Source of the DNA: Prevotella phage Lak-C1
Strand: one strand, 5' to 3'
DNA: 32,000 nt
Sequence record: MK250029.1
The position numbers and the translations under genes are program-made. Below, piece by piece: positions 10,287-20,789 of the stretch (positions within the stretch are counted from its first letter, which is position 1; the number at the start of each line of letters is the position of its first letter). Below the pieces are notes generated by a model, which worked only from the letters and a program-made list of their open reading frames with translations, was not told where the DNA came from and ran no database searches.

Positions 10287-10613
10287 ATGATAAAATTTAA
10301 AAATCAAACATCAAATAATACTATATCATCAGATGTAATTAAAGATTTAATAGATACATTACCAACTACAAAATCACCAATATTTAAAACGAAGAATTTT
10401 ACTATTCGTGATTTACGTATTGGAAGTATTATACGTATTCATTTATGTAATGATTCCCGTGGTGATAAAGGATATGTTACAACAGAAATTGTTGCATTAT
10501 TTAATTCAATGGGACAACATATATATAATTCTAATGCAGATTTTGCAATTGTATATGAAGGTATAGTATGGACTGCAAATTGTACACAAATAGATAAAAT
10601 AATTTCGTATTAA
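10287..10613 (+). CDS. Hypothetical protein
   Basis: MIKFKNQTSNNTISSDVIKDL...; first true ATG in the track ORF. Confidence 0.7.
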   Translation: MIKFKNQTSNNTISSDVIKDLIDTLPTTKSPIFKTKNFTIRDLRIGSIIRIHLCNDSRGDKGYVTTEIVALFNSMGQHIYNSNADFAIVYEGIVWTANCTQIDKIISY

Positions 10614-10637
10614 TTTTTTTATTCAAAAATAAATGTG

Positions 10638-10645
10638 TATCTTTG
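10638..10645 (+). promoter_or_regulatory. Bacteroidota-type -7 box
   Basis: TGTATCTTTG about 30 nt upstream of ATG 10675. Confidence 0.6.
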
Positions 10646-10674
10646 AGATGTAACAAATAAAACAATAGAAAATT

Positions 10675-11100
10675 ATGAATAAGATTTTTATAACATTGAT
10701 TTTTAGTTTTGTATGTATGTTTGCTAATGCAACATCACATAATAAATTACATATCGGATATGATAAAGATATGTGTAGCGATTATTATGTTCTTTCTATA
10801 AAGAAAGATACTGTATACGTTACATATTATGAATATGAACAAGGTACATTTGTATATTATGATGGTTTAAATGATTTTGCATCATCACGCCTTACGCCAT
10901 TGATGAATAAGTTGGTTAATATTCATACAACTAAAGTTAATAATATAAAGAATGAATATGAAAATCTTCTTATTGATATTAATGTAGTAAATCCTACATA
11001 TCATAAATGTAAAAACAATTATATTGCATTTTATGAAATGGGTATATTATATAATAAAATAGGAAATCTTATTGATAAAGTAAAAAAAATTACAAAATAA
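10675..11100 (+). CDS. Hypothetical secreted/periplasmic protein
   Basis: N-terminal signal peptide MNKIFITLIFSFVCMFANA followed by soluble sequence. Confidence 0.7.
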   Translation: MNKIFITLIFSFVCMFANATSHNKLHIGYDKDMCSDYYVLSIKKDTVYVTYYEYEQGTFVYYDGLNDFASSRLTPLMNKLVNIHTTKVNNIKNEYENLLIDINVVNPTYHKCKNNYIAFYEMGILYNKIGNLIDKVKKITK

Positions 11101-11108
11101 AAATAATT

Positions 11109-11282
11109 ATGGAAGTTAATATTACAGAAGAAAAGTTTAAAGCATATAGAGAATTACAAAATTCTGGAGAAATTAATATGCTTGATTATATTAATGGATG
11201 TAAACTTACTGGTCTTAGTAAAGAAGAGTATATTGATATTATCCATAATTATAATACATATAGAGAAAAATTTAATATTTAA
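11109..11282 (+). CDS. Small hypothetical protein (57 aa)
   Basis: MEVNITEEKFKAYRELQNSGEINMLDYINGCKLTGLSKEEYIDIIHNYNTYREKFNI-TAA. Confidence 0.65.
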   Translation: MEVNITEEKFKAYRELQNSGEINMLDYINGCKLTGLSKEEYIDIIHNYNTYREKFNI

Positions 11283-11300
11283 TTATAAAAATTATATTTC

Positions 11301-11822
11301 ATGAGTAAAGTATTTTATCCTACAAATCTTGGAGGTATGTCAATTAATTGGGTTGATTATCTTGGAAGTACGAAGAATTCTACAAATAAGAGTGAACTGC
11401 TTATTGACCATATTGCAACAATGAGTAATGAAAATAATGGTAAAGATGTTTATATGAATTTCTTTGAAGAGATTGATCGTATAGATGATGAGACTGCACA
11501 GAATCAATATAAGACATTTTTGCGAATTAATATTACAGAAGCTATTAAGCATGATCTTGAGTGGATGGAAATGAATAATAAAAGTATCAATGATCCAACG
11601 AATTCACATTATATTAATCTTGAGTCTTTGAGTATTACTGATATTGATGTTAATGATGATTTTAAGTTCATCCGAATTCATTATGATTTTTGTCAGAATC
11701 ATTTTGCATGTTCATGCAGTCGTCGTAGAATGGTAGGTGCTGTATATCGTTTGCATGCACTAACTTCTAATAAGAATGAATTGTTTGCATGTTCATGGGA
11801 TGGACCTATTGTTTTTTGGTAA
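11301..11822 (+). CDS. Hypothetical protein
   Basis: Complete 173-aa ORF MSKVFYPTNLGGMSINWVDYL... Confidence 0.75.
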   Translation: MSKVFYPTNLGGMSINWVDYLGSTKNSTNKSELLIDHIATMSNENNGKDVYMNFFEEIDRIDDETAQNQYKTFLRINITEAIKHDLEWMEMNNKSINDPTNSHYINLESLSITDIDVNDDFKFIRIHYDFCQNHFACSCSRRRMVGAVYRLHALTSNKNELFACSWDGPIVFW

Positions 11823-11842
11823 AATTAAATTTAAATAGATAT

Positions 11843-12052
11843 ATGATTAACATTAATGATTTAACAGATAACGAAAAATATATTTTTACACAAGGATATG
11901 AACAGGGACAAAAAGAAAGTCTTGAAAATTATGATAATATTGAAAAGATTATAGATGCATATCTTGTAGTAAAACATGAATGTCAAAATAAAGATTTCAT
12001 GGAAAGACATGACTTTATTTCACTTGTTATCGATAAGACAAAACAAATTTAA
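11843..12052 (+). CDS. Small hypothetical protein
   Basis: MININDLTDNEKYIFTQGYEQGQKES...; ATG start preferred over the track start at 11789, which overlaps the previous gene. Confidence 0.65.
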   Translation: MININDLTDNEKYIFTQGYEQGQKESLENYDNIEKIIDAYLVVKHECQNKDFMERHDFISLVIDKTKQI

Positions 12053-12090
12053 GTTAATATAAATTATAGAATTAAAATAAAAGATATATT

Positions 12091-13356
12091 ATGCCTATTA
12101 TTGAGAAAACAAAGTATTCATATAATGATTTGACTATTGAGCCTGCAGTAATTAGTTCAATTAAGAGTAGAAAGGAATGTGATCCATATGAGCGTATGGA
12201 TGTAAATATGAGAGATTATCTTCCGTTGTTTACTGCACCAATGTCTACTATTGCAAATGAACATAATTTTAATATATGGAAGAAGAATAAAATTATGCCT
12301 ATGTTGCCACGAAATATTGGTGCTGATCCAAATGGAAGTATTGATAAACGAATTAGTTATATCAAAGATTTTCTTGATAATGGTGATTGGGTTGCGTTGT
12401 CACTTAAGGAATTTGAATATGTTTTTGTAGAACATAAGATGATGAGTCCTGGACAACTCTTTCCTGGTTATAATCGAACATATAGAGTATGTGTAGATTT
12501 GGCTAATGGTCATATGGAATGTCTATATGATACAATTAATAAAGCGAAGGAAATTGCAAGAAATGACAATTATAAACTTATTGTAATGACAGGAAATATT
12601 GCAAATTCTGAAACATATAGATGGATTTGCAAACATGCTGAAGTTGATTATATTAGATTGTCTGTAGGAAGTGGATCAAATTGTATTACGGCTACGCAGA
12701 CCTCTGTTCATTATCCTATTGCATCATTAATTGATGAATGTAAGTATATAAAGAATGTATACGAAGGTAAATCTTATGCTAAATCAACACCTTATATTAT
12801 TGCTGATGGTGGTGTTAGAGGATATGCAGATGTTATTAAGGCTATTGCTCTTGGTGCAGATTATGTAATGATTGGTAGTTTGTTTACAGGATTACTTGAA
12901 TCTGCTGCACCTCTTGATATTGAGTGTTATAATTCACATTATAAGTATGGATATGCAGCAGGTATTATTAATGATGGTATTAATAATATTCTTAATCTTT
13001 GGGATGGTCTTGAAGATGAAGATGATAATGATACATTAGTACCAATTGATAATAAAGAATTGGAGCAGAAGAAGAAAGATTTCATTAAGGATATGAAAGA
13101 TATTGTAAAGGAATCTTATGGTATGTCTACAAAGAAGGCTCAGAAGTTGATTAATCCAAATGCAAAGTCAAAGACTTCTGAAGGATGTACGAAGTATATT
13201 CATGTAAAGGAAACTGTTAAACAGTGGTCAGATAATATGATAGATTATTTCAGATCAGCAATGAGTTATACAAATAAGAAATATATTAATGATTTCAGAG
13301 GAAAAGTAGATCTGATTATTAATAGTTCATCTGCAATTCTTGCAGTAAATAAGTAA
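12091..13356 (+). CDS. IMP dehydrogenase / GMP reductase family enzyme, no CBS domain
   Basis: YNDLTIEPA...SRKECD, TAPMSTIA, active-site-like GSGSNCITA, IIADGGVRGYADVIKAIALGADYVMIGSLF, C-terminal YGMSTKKAQKL...IHVKETVKQWSDNMIDYFRSAMSYTN. Confidence 0.88.
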   Translation: MPIIEKTKYSYNDLTIEPAVISSIKSRKECDPYERMDVNMRDYLPLFTAPMSTIANEHNFNIWKKNKIMPMLPRNIGADPNGSIDKRISYIKDFLDNGDWVALSLKEFEYVFVEHKMMSPGQLFPGYNRTYRVCVDLANGHMECLYDTINKAKEIARNDNYKLIVMTGNIANSETYRWICKHAEVDYIRLSVGSGSNCITATQTSVHYPIASLIDECKYIKNVYEGKSYAKSTPYIIADGGVRGYADVIKAIALGADYVMIGSLFTGLLESAAPLDIECYNSHYKYGYAAGIINDGINNILNLWDGLEDEDDNDTLVPIDNKELEQKKKDFIKDMKDIVKESYGMSTKKAQKLINPNAKSKTSEGCTKYIHVKETVKQWSDNMIDYFRSAMSYTNKKYINDFRGKVDLIINSSSAILAVNK

Positions 13357-13383
13357 ATAATTTTATTCATCATTTTAATATTA

Positions 13384-13415
13384 GGATGGAATACTTAATT
13401 ATGAGTATTTCATCC
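13384..13415 (+). terminator. Terminator after IMPDH/GMPR gene
   Basis: ggatggaatact-N8-agtatttcatcc (one G-U) followed by TTTTTT. Confidence 0.75.
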
Positions 13416-13452
13416 TTTTTTAATAAATATATAAAAAGAAAAATTACCTAAT

Positions 13453-15642
13453 ATGCCAAAAATAAAGAATTATCAAAAGTTAGATAAAAATTCTGTATTT
13501 AGTAATTGTAGTTATGCATAGTCAGCAGGTGTTTATTATAATTAGGAAGGTTTTTCTAATGTAACAAATAAAATTTAGGATATGGGAACATATAATCCTG
13601 ATAAGTATATATTAGGAAATATAACTAAACCAAATAAGAAGACATTTGTTAATTATGATAAACATGAAATAATTAATAAAGGAAATAATACAAAAATTAA
13701 CATTAATAATATAAAGAATAATAAGGAAACATATGCGTATGTTTCTGGTATTATGGTTCCTACTATTGAAGCTGAAGTAAAACCTATTACAGAAATATTA
13801 AAAGAAACTGAAGATAATATTACAAATTCAAAAAATATAGTTATTAATAGTAACGAATTTAAAGAATTACATAAAGAAGAAAAAGTTATTAATAATAAGA
13901 ATATTAAACAAGTAAAAGGTAAATCATCTGTAAATTTATTTTCTAAAGTATTTGAAAATAAACAATAGAATGATATTAATGATGATAATGTAATATATTT
14001 AAATGGTTGGGTATGGTTAAATAGATTTAATAAACCATATGCACATAATTTTGGTGATGATATAAATTTTTCATTTTTGACAGAAATAACAGGTAAGAAA
14101 CATAAGAAATACGATAATGAATTTGTAACAAATTATTTAATGATTGGAAGTATTTTTATTGATAAGTATATAAATGATTTTACAGAAGTATGGGGTAGTG
14201 GAATGTTAAGACATTAGGTATTATATAAAAAACCAAATAAAGTATATGCAGTTAGAGGTCCAAAAACACGAGAGATCTGTTTAGCATCAAATATAGATTG
14301 TCCGGAAATATATGGAGATCCTGCATTATTAATACCATATTACTATTATCCTTATGTAATGAAAAAATATAAATTAGGAATTATTCCACATCATTCTCAT
14401 ATTAATTCAGATATATTAAATAAATTTAAAGATAATGAAAATATTAAGATTATTAATTTTACAAAATATAATGATTGGAAAGATATAATTAAAGAAATTG
14501 TAGAATGTGAATTTATTATATCTGAAAGTTTACATGGTTTGATTATATCAGAAGCATTTAGAATTCCTAATATATGGATTTCATTAGGAAATAATATAGG
14601 ATAGAATTTGAAATATGAAGATTTCTTTTTATCTATTAATAAACCATTATATGATTCATATTTAGTAAATGAAGATACAACATATGAAGATTTATTAAAA
14701 TTAAAAGATAATTATAATTCAACATTTGAAATAGATTTACAAAAATTAGTTGATGCTTGCCCTATAAAATTAAAGAATTTAAATTTATATAATCAGATTA
14801 AACCATATACAGGAAAAGTATTATTATGCTGTATAGGAAAAATGGAAAATAATTATATACGAGAGTTTGTAGAATATTATAAAACAATAGGATTTGATAA
14901 TATATGTTTATATGATAATAATGATATAGATGGAGAACATTTTGAGGATGTAATAGGTGATTATATAGATTCAGGGTTTGTAATATTAAAAGATTGGAGA
15001 GGAAAAGAATTAGCATAGATTCCATCATATACAGATTGTTATAATACATATAAAGATGAATATGATTGGATAGCATATTTTGATATAGATGAATTTTTAG
15101 ATTTAGATTGTAATAATATAAAAGAATTCTTATCAGATGATATGTATAATGATAGAGGTATAAATTGTATAAGAGTTTGTTGGAAACAATTTACTGATTC
15201 TAATATTATTAAAACAGATGGAAATTATTCAGTAACTAAATTTAATCAATATATACCATTAGATAAAGATAAATATTGTGCATAGACAAAAATTATAATT
15301 AAAACGTAGTTAGATAATATCATATTTGATTCACCACATGGTGTTATATATAATAAAGATAATCATATTACATGTGTAAATACAAATGGTGATTTATGTA
15401 CAAATGATATAATTATAAATAATCCTACATGGGAAAATGCATGTTTAAATCATTATCGTTTTAGAACAATAGAGGAATATGTATTAAATAAAATGGTAAG
15501 ATTATGGCCAACAACATATATGAATGGTGGAAAAACGGGATTAAATTTAAATTTATTTTTTAGATATAATACATTTTCATAGGAAAAATTAAATTTTGCA
15601 AATTATCTTTTAGATAAATTTAATATAAGTAGAAATGAATAA
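13453..15642 (+). CDS. Fusion protein: polysaccharide pyruvyl transferase-like + GT92/DUF23-like glycosyltransferase, TAG-recoded, 729 aa
   Basis: One frame with 10 in-frame TAG joins track ORFs 13582, 14359 and 14608. PPT-like part: KPYAHNFGDDINFS, IGSIF, YAVRGPKTREICLASNI, YGDPALLIP, LGIIPHHSH, CEFIISESLHGLIISEAFRIPNIW. GT part: GKVLLCCIGKMENNYIREFVEYYKTIGFDNICLYDNND, YDWIAYFDIDEFLDL. Confidence 0.85.
15621..15642 (+). repeat. 22-nt direct repeat, copy 1 (last codons of the preceding gene)
   Basis: taatataagtagaaatgaataa; identical copy at 15903-15924. Confidence 0.85.
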
Positions 15643-15698
15643 GGAAAATTAATATTTTATATAAAATATTTAGATAAATAATAAAAGAATATAGTGTG

Positions 15699-15900
15699 AC
15701 TAAATTTAAGTATGTTTAATGAGGTGTATCATTAAGTCATTGGAAGAATTTAATCTACAACTTTATGTATATAAATTTAGTTTGATTTATATTTATTAAA
15801 AAAGATAAGATTTAGATAATTATCTTTTTATATATTTAAATATAGTTTTCTTAGGTTAACTTCACATATATTATAGAAATATATGTTATTAAGTTAAATA
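15699..15900. other. Noncoding region with several potential RNA stems
   Basis: actaaattta (15699-15708) pairs taaatttagt (15772-15781) around hairpin ttaatga-ggtgta-tcattaa; then aaaaagataa/ttatcttttt (15799-15829) and ttaactt..acatatat/atatatgt..aagttaa. Confidence 0.5.
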
Positions 15901-15902
15901 TC

Positions 15903-15924
15903 TAATATAAGTAGAAATGAATAA
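15903..15924 (+). repeat. 22-nt direct repeat, copy 2
   Basis: Perfect copy of 15621-15642. Confidence 0.85.
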
Positions 15925-15934
15925 ATGAAAATAA

Positions 15935-15989
15935 AGAGCAATTAAATATTTTTATATAGTGCAAAATTATATAGAATATTAATTGCTCT
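15935..15989 (+). terminator. Hairpin terminator
   Basis: agagcaattaaatatt ... aatattaattgctct followed by TTTTTT (one bulge). Confidence 0.65.
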
Positions 15990-16026
15990 TTTTTGATAAA
16001 TATAAAAAATAACATGTTATATTTAA

Positions 16027-16992
16027 ATGAATAAAGATATACGTCCACCTCAGCATGTATTACATGTTTTCGATCCTAATAGAAAATGTAGACCACATGA
16101 TGAAGTTGAGTTTATAGAAGGTCGTTATGTTGATATTGTAAATGCAAAGAATAAGGATCCACATACTTTGTATTTCGGTAAATCAAAGAATTCTGAGCTC
16201 TTAACAGGTATTTTTTTAGGTGATCTTGAACTTACTTCAAAAGTAAAAGATGTATCTCTTGTTTCTGTTGATGGCGTTGTAACATTATCTATTAAATATG
16301 TTAATTCTGCTGGTAAACTTGCAACTGTAAAAACAAATTTACCTTCATAGAAACTTGTTGAAGATATTAAAAAATTATTAGAATCTTTTGATACAAGTAT
16401 TCTTGATAAAATTAACACATCATTCAGTGATGTATATGATAGATTAAATGTTATCGATTCATCAATAGTTGATATTAATAATCATCTTACAGTTATAGAT
16501 ACTTCTGTAGGTGAATTAACAACAAGAGTAGATACATTAGATACATCATTATTAGGATTAATAGATGAACTTGATCATGGTAAGTATAATTATACAATAC
16601 ATGAAGATCCTGGAACATATGCAAACGGTTTCAAAAAAACATTTACTTTATTTAAAGGTGAAGAAGAACAAAAAGATTCATCTAAGATTGAAGTAACTGA
16701 TATGGTGTTGAAATAGTTAAATTATGTTAAAGATAATAATGTAATTGAAGCAAAAGTTTGGCCAGAACCTATTAAGTCAATCGATTTAATCGGTGATGTT
16801 CTTACATTAAAAGATGGTACAGTTATTAAAGATGTTATTTCATCTCTTGATAAAGATTTAATTAAAACTGTATCATTAGACATGAAAGGTTATGACGAAC
16901 ATATTAATGACTTCATGAATACTGATTCATCTATTAATGACAGATTAACTTTTGTAGAAAACCAATTGAAATGGGAAGAGTTAGATAACTAA
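16027..16992 (+). CDS. Structural/tail-fiber-type protein, paralog 1, TAG-recoded
   Basis: Track ORF 16027-16350 continues through TAG (..TNLPS-Q-KLVEDIKKLLESFDTSILDKIN...) to TAA at 16990. Coiled-coil-like repeats; ends LTFVENQLKWEELDNQL. Confidence 0.75.
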
Positions 16993-17039
16993 TTATAAAA
17001 AAGAGAATAAATAATAAAATTAAATCTATTAAATTTAAT

Positions 17040-18641
17040 ATGAATAAAAATATGGTTTATGGTGCTAATGAAGCAACTTCTTTAACTGATAAAGTTGCAG
17101 ATTTTACAAAGGGTAAAAACATTCACTTTGGTTCTGGTGCATTTGAAGAATAGAAAGTTGTTGCTATTGCAACAGCAGCTGAATCTGATGCAAAGGTTCG
17201 TTTCGTATATGATGCAACAGGTGATTCTGGTATGGTATTTGTTGGTAATCAACTTGCATCTTCTAAGATTCTTGACATTACAACAAATAAAGTAGCAAAG
17301 AAACATTTTGATCCTGAAACTGGTAATTATGTAGAATCAACTACAGAAAAAGTTGCAACTAAGGTAACAGTTACATGGTTCGGTTCTCAAGAAGATCCTG
17401 CTGATAATGTTGTAAAGACAAAGGTTTGGGAAACTGTATTTGATGTTATTGATACAGATACAGTAAAAGCAATGATTGATAAAGCTTCAGCAGATTTAAA
17501 AAAATCAGTTGATGATTTAAAAACAAAACATGAAGCAGACGTTTTACGTTTAGATACATCAGTTAACGGCATTGAGACACTTCTTAAGAGCGATGTAGTT
17601 TCAGCTGACACTGGTAGTGCACTTACAGTAACTCCTACTTCTGCTGATGCAACAGGTTATAAGACTTATAAGGTTGCAGTTAACGTAGATGATGCAGAAG
17701 GTTCAACTATTAAGGTTGTAGATAATAAGATTAAGATTGCAAAGTATGCAATTAAGCAGGTTGCTGCGGATTCTATGGAAAAAGATGCAGATACTAATGA
17801 AACAAAGTATGCATCTGAATATCAGTTAATGATGACTGATGCTGATGGTGTTACAAAGGCAGTTGGTGATAAGATTAATATTGCAAAAGACTTCTTAGTA
17901 ACTAAGGCACATGTATGTACATTTAAGTATGCAAAAGTTGAAACAACAACAAATCCAGATACACATGAAGTAACAGTAACAAATAAAGTTGAAATTGTAT
18001 ATGGTACTGCTTCAGATCAGTGGGGATAGACATCAACAGTAAATTATGGTGATGAAGTAAAATCAGAAGCAATGCTTCCATATTCAATAAATCAAGATGG
18101 TACAGTTGAACAAGCACGTCTTGGTTTCGGTATTAAGTATGGTCATTCATATTTACACTTAGTTATCAATACTAAGCCAACTGATACAAAAGCTGCTAGA
18201 CATGATGATGTTTATCTTGATTTCACAGAAATCTTTACAACATTCAAGGGTGATGATAAATTCATTACAGTTCAGAATGGTGTTGTTTCTTTGAATATTG
18301 ACGCAGTTTCAACTGCAGTTGATACTAAACTTAAGGTTAATGAGACATTCACAGAACTTAAAGCAAAAGATACAGAAATTGAAGGTCGTCTTGATGGATT
18401 AGACACATCAGTTAGTGCTATCGAAGATTCTTATGTAAAGGATGCATCTCTTGAATCACCAAAAGCAGGTAATGAACAGTTTAATACTTTAAAGATTACT
18501 AACAGTAAGGATGGTGCTGAAAGTGTTGTTACTGTAGATGTTGCAAATGAAAAATATTATGCAGGATTAAATACAGCATTAAATACACTTACAGAAAATG
18601 ATAAACATCTTTCTGCACTTCTTACATGGGAAGAACTCTAA
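17040..18641 (+). CDS. Structural/tail-fiber-type protein, paralog 2, TAG-recoded, 533 aa
   Basis: ATG 17040 (MNKNMVYGANEATSLTDK...FEEQKVVAIA) joins ORFs 17232-18029 and 18072-18641 through TAG; ends SALLTWEEL-TAA. Confidence 0.8.
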
Positions 18642-18668
18642 TTAATTTTTAATTAACTTTAATAATAT

Positions 18669-18703
18669 AATGGGATAACTGATAATAATTCAATTATCCC
18701 ATT
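18669..18703 (+). terminator. Terminator
   Basis: aatgggataa-N15-ttatcccatt then T run. Confidence 0.75.
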
Positions 18704-18743
18704 TTTTAGATAAATAAAATAAAATATAAACTTTATTAATAAT

Positions 18744-20687
18744 ATGGCTATTACTATTAAAAAGTCAATGATTAATGGTGCTCCAGTTATTTTTGGCGCT
18801 CCTGCTGATGCAGATACTGCAAAAGGTGTAGAAGTAAAATTTGGTTATGGTACACTTGAGAATGTACTTGCAAAAGTTGGTACTGCAGATGACGGCGTAA
18901 TCTATTTCGGTTATGATGATGCTAAATCAACTGGTGCAATTGTTTCACGCGGTAAACTTGTTTCTTCAAAAATTCTTGATATTACAACAACTGCTGCTGT
19001 AACAGGAGAAGGTGATAAAATAATAAAAGAAGCATAGATTGTAATTTCTTATATTGATACTGATAAGTCTGTTAAAACATTAGAAATTCCTGTTTCTGCT
19101 GATGGTAAATTAAAAGATCTTGCTGATAAGATTGAAGCTCTTAAAACATTAGTAGGTACAAAGACAGATACTAAAGATACTGATACAGTATTCGGTGCAA
19201 TTGCAAAAGAAACAGATCGTGCAACTACTAAAGAAACTGCAATTTCCGATCTTCTTGGAACAAAGGATGATGATAAAACAAAAGAAACTGCATTTGGTAA
19301 GATTGCTACTGAAGTAGCGCGTGCAACTGATGCAGAAACAGGATTATCAAATAGAATCAAAACTCTTGAAGATAAAAAGTATACAACAGTTAATGCAAAA
19401 GCAGATGGTCATGTAAAAGTTACTGTTTCTGATGATAATGTTGTAACTGTAACAGAAGATGATATTGCGTCTGCTGCACTTCTTGGTACTGTTGATGATG
19501 CTGTTGGTACTGCAACTGCATTTGGAAAGATTGCTGATGAAACAAAGCGTGCAACTGATGTTGAAGGTAAGTTAGATACTCGTGTAACTAATATTGAAAC
19601 ACTTATAGGTGATGCAGAAAAGCCAGATGAAGATAAAGTAATCAATAAAGTAACTGAAGTAATTGATTGGTTCAAAGGCGTTTCTGAAACCGAAAAAGGT
19701 GCAACACTTATTTCTGATGTTGCTGCAAATAAAACAGCTATTGGTACAAAAACTGTAGAAAATACTAATAGCATTTATAAGAGAATTGAAGATCTTGAAG
19801 CAAAGAAACACACAGTAAGTGACGTAGTTGCTGATGCTGGTAAATGTGTATCAGGTATTCATGTTGATGAAAATGGTGCATTAACAATTGATCAAGCTGA
19901 ATTATCTGCTGGTAATATTAATGCTACTGCAATTGTAGCAGGTGATGATACTGTTGCAGTTGAAGGTGATAAGGTTGCTTCATAGATTGAAAGTTTAGCT
20001 AAGTCTATTAAGACTGCTACAAAGTCTGCTGATGATGCAATTAAGGCACTTGATGTTACAGATACTGCAGTAGAAGGAAAATATGTTTCTGCTGTTTCTG
20101 AAGAAGATGGTAAGATTACAGTTACACGTGCAGATCTTCCTACACTTTCTGTTAAGACAGGTTCAGAACAATTTGCAGCTGTTAATAACCATGAAGTTGA
20201 AATCAAGACTACTGCATTAAATACTGTTGGACTTACAAAGACTGAAGCCGGTAAATGGCAAGCAGGTACTGCTGATGCAAAATCAACTGGTCTTGCAACT
20301 GCTGCAGATGTTGCCGCAGAAATCGTATCAGATGAAGAGGTTATTGCAACAGCTCTTAATGATCATGAAAATCGTTTAAAGACAGTAGAAGGTAAAGAAA
20401 TTACTGTTTCTTCTGCTAAGTCTGATGTTGCTATTTCTGTTGATGAAGTAAAAGACAGCGATGTTGTTACTACAGCTGCAACTAATTTCAATGTTACTGG
20501 TGGTAAAATTACATTTACTATTCATGATGGTGATAAAGATGTTGCAGAAACAATTACTGCATATACAGAAGATACTGTTAAAGCTCTTGTTGAACTTTAT
20601 GCAAAGGAAAAAGCTCGTGCTGAAGCTGCAGAAGCTGGTCTTGATAAGAGATTAACTTGGGTTGAATTGAATAAACAAGACAAATAA
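18744..20687 (+). CDS. Structural/tail-fiber-type protein, paralog 3, TAG-recoded, 647 aa
   Basis: Frame from MAITIKKSMINGAPVIFGAPADAD through TAG at 19035 and about 19984 to TAA 20685; repeated IET/KIADE..RAT heptad-like modules; ends DKRLTWVELNKQDK. Confidence 0.8.
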
Positions 20688-20705
20688 TAATTTAACATAA
20701 ATTTA

Positions 20706-20739
20706 AAATGAGACTTAAAGTCAGACTTAAGTCTCATTT
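20706..20739 (+). terminator. Terminator
   Basis: aaatgagacttaa-agtcagac-ttaagtctcattt then T run. Confidence 0.8.
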
Positions 20740-20789
20740 TTTTATATAAACTCTAAACAAACAGTGTTTAATTTTAACATAAGAATATT

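Noticed and set aside
15643-15902. tRNA (including a possible CUA suppressor) in the structured noncoding region
   Set aside because: There is a CTA flanked by a possible loop, but no D-arm, TTC-type T-loop or 7-bp acceptor stem of proper spacing. No convincing tRNA was seen anywhere in the window.
17082-20206. Reverse-strand ORFs inside the structural-gene block (e.g. 17387-17611, 19049-19360, 19409-19774, 19572-19811, 19892-20206)
   Set aside because: They lie antisense to long continuous forward coding frames, and their Ser/Thr/Val-rich, low-complexity translations look like shadows of a biased sense codon pattern.
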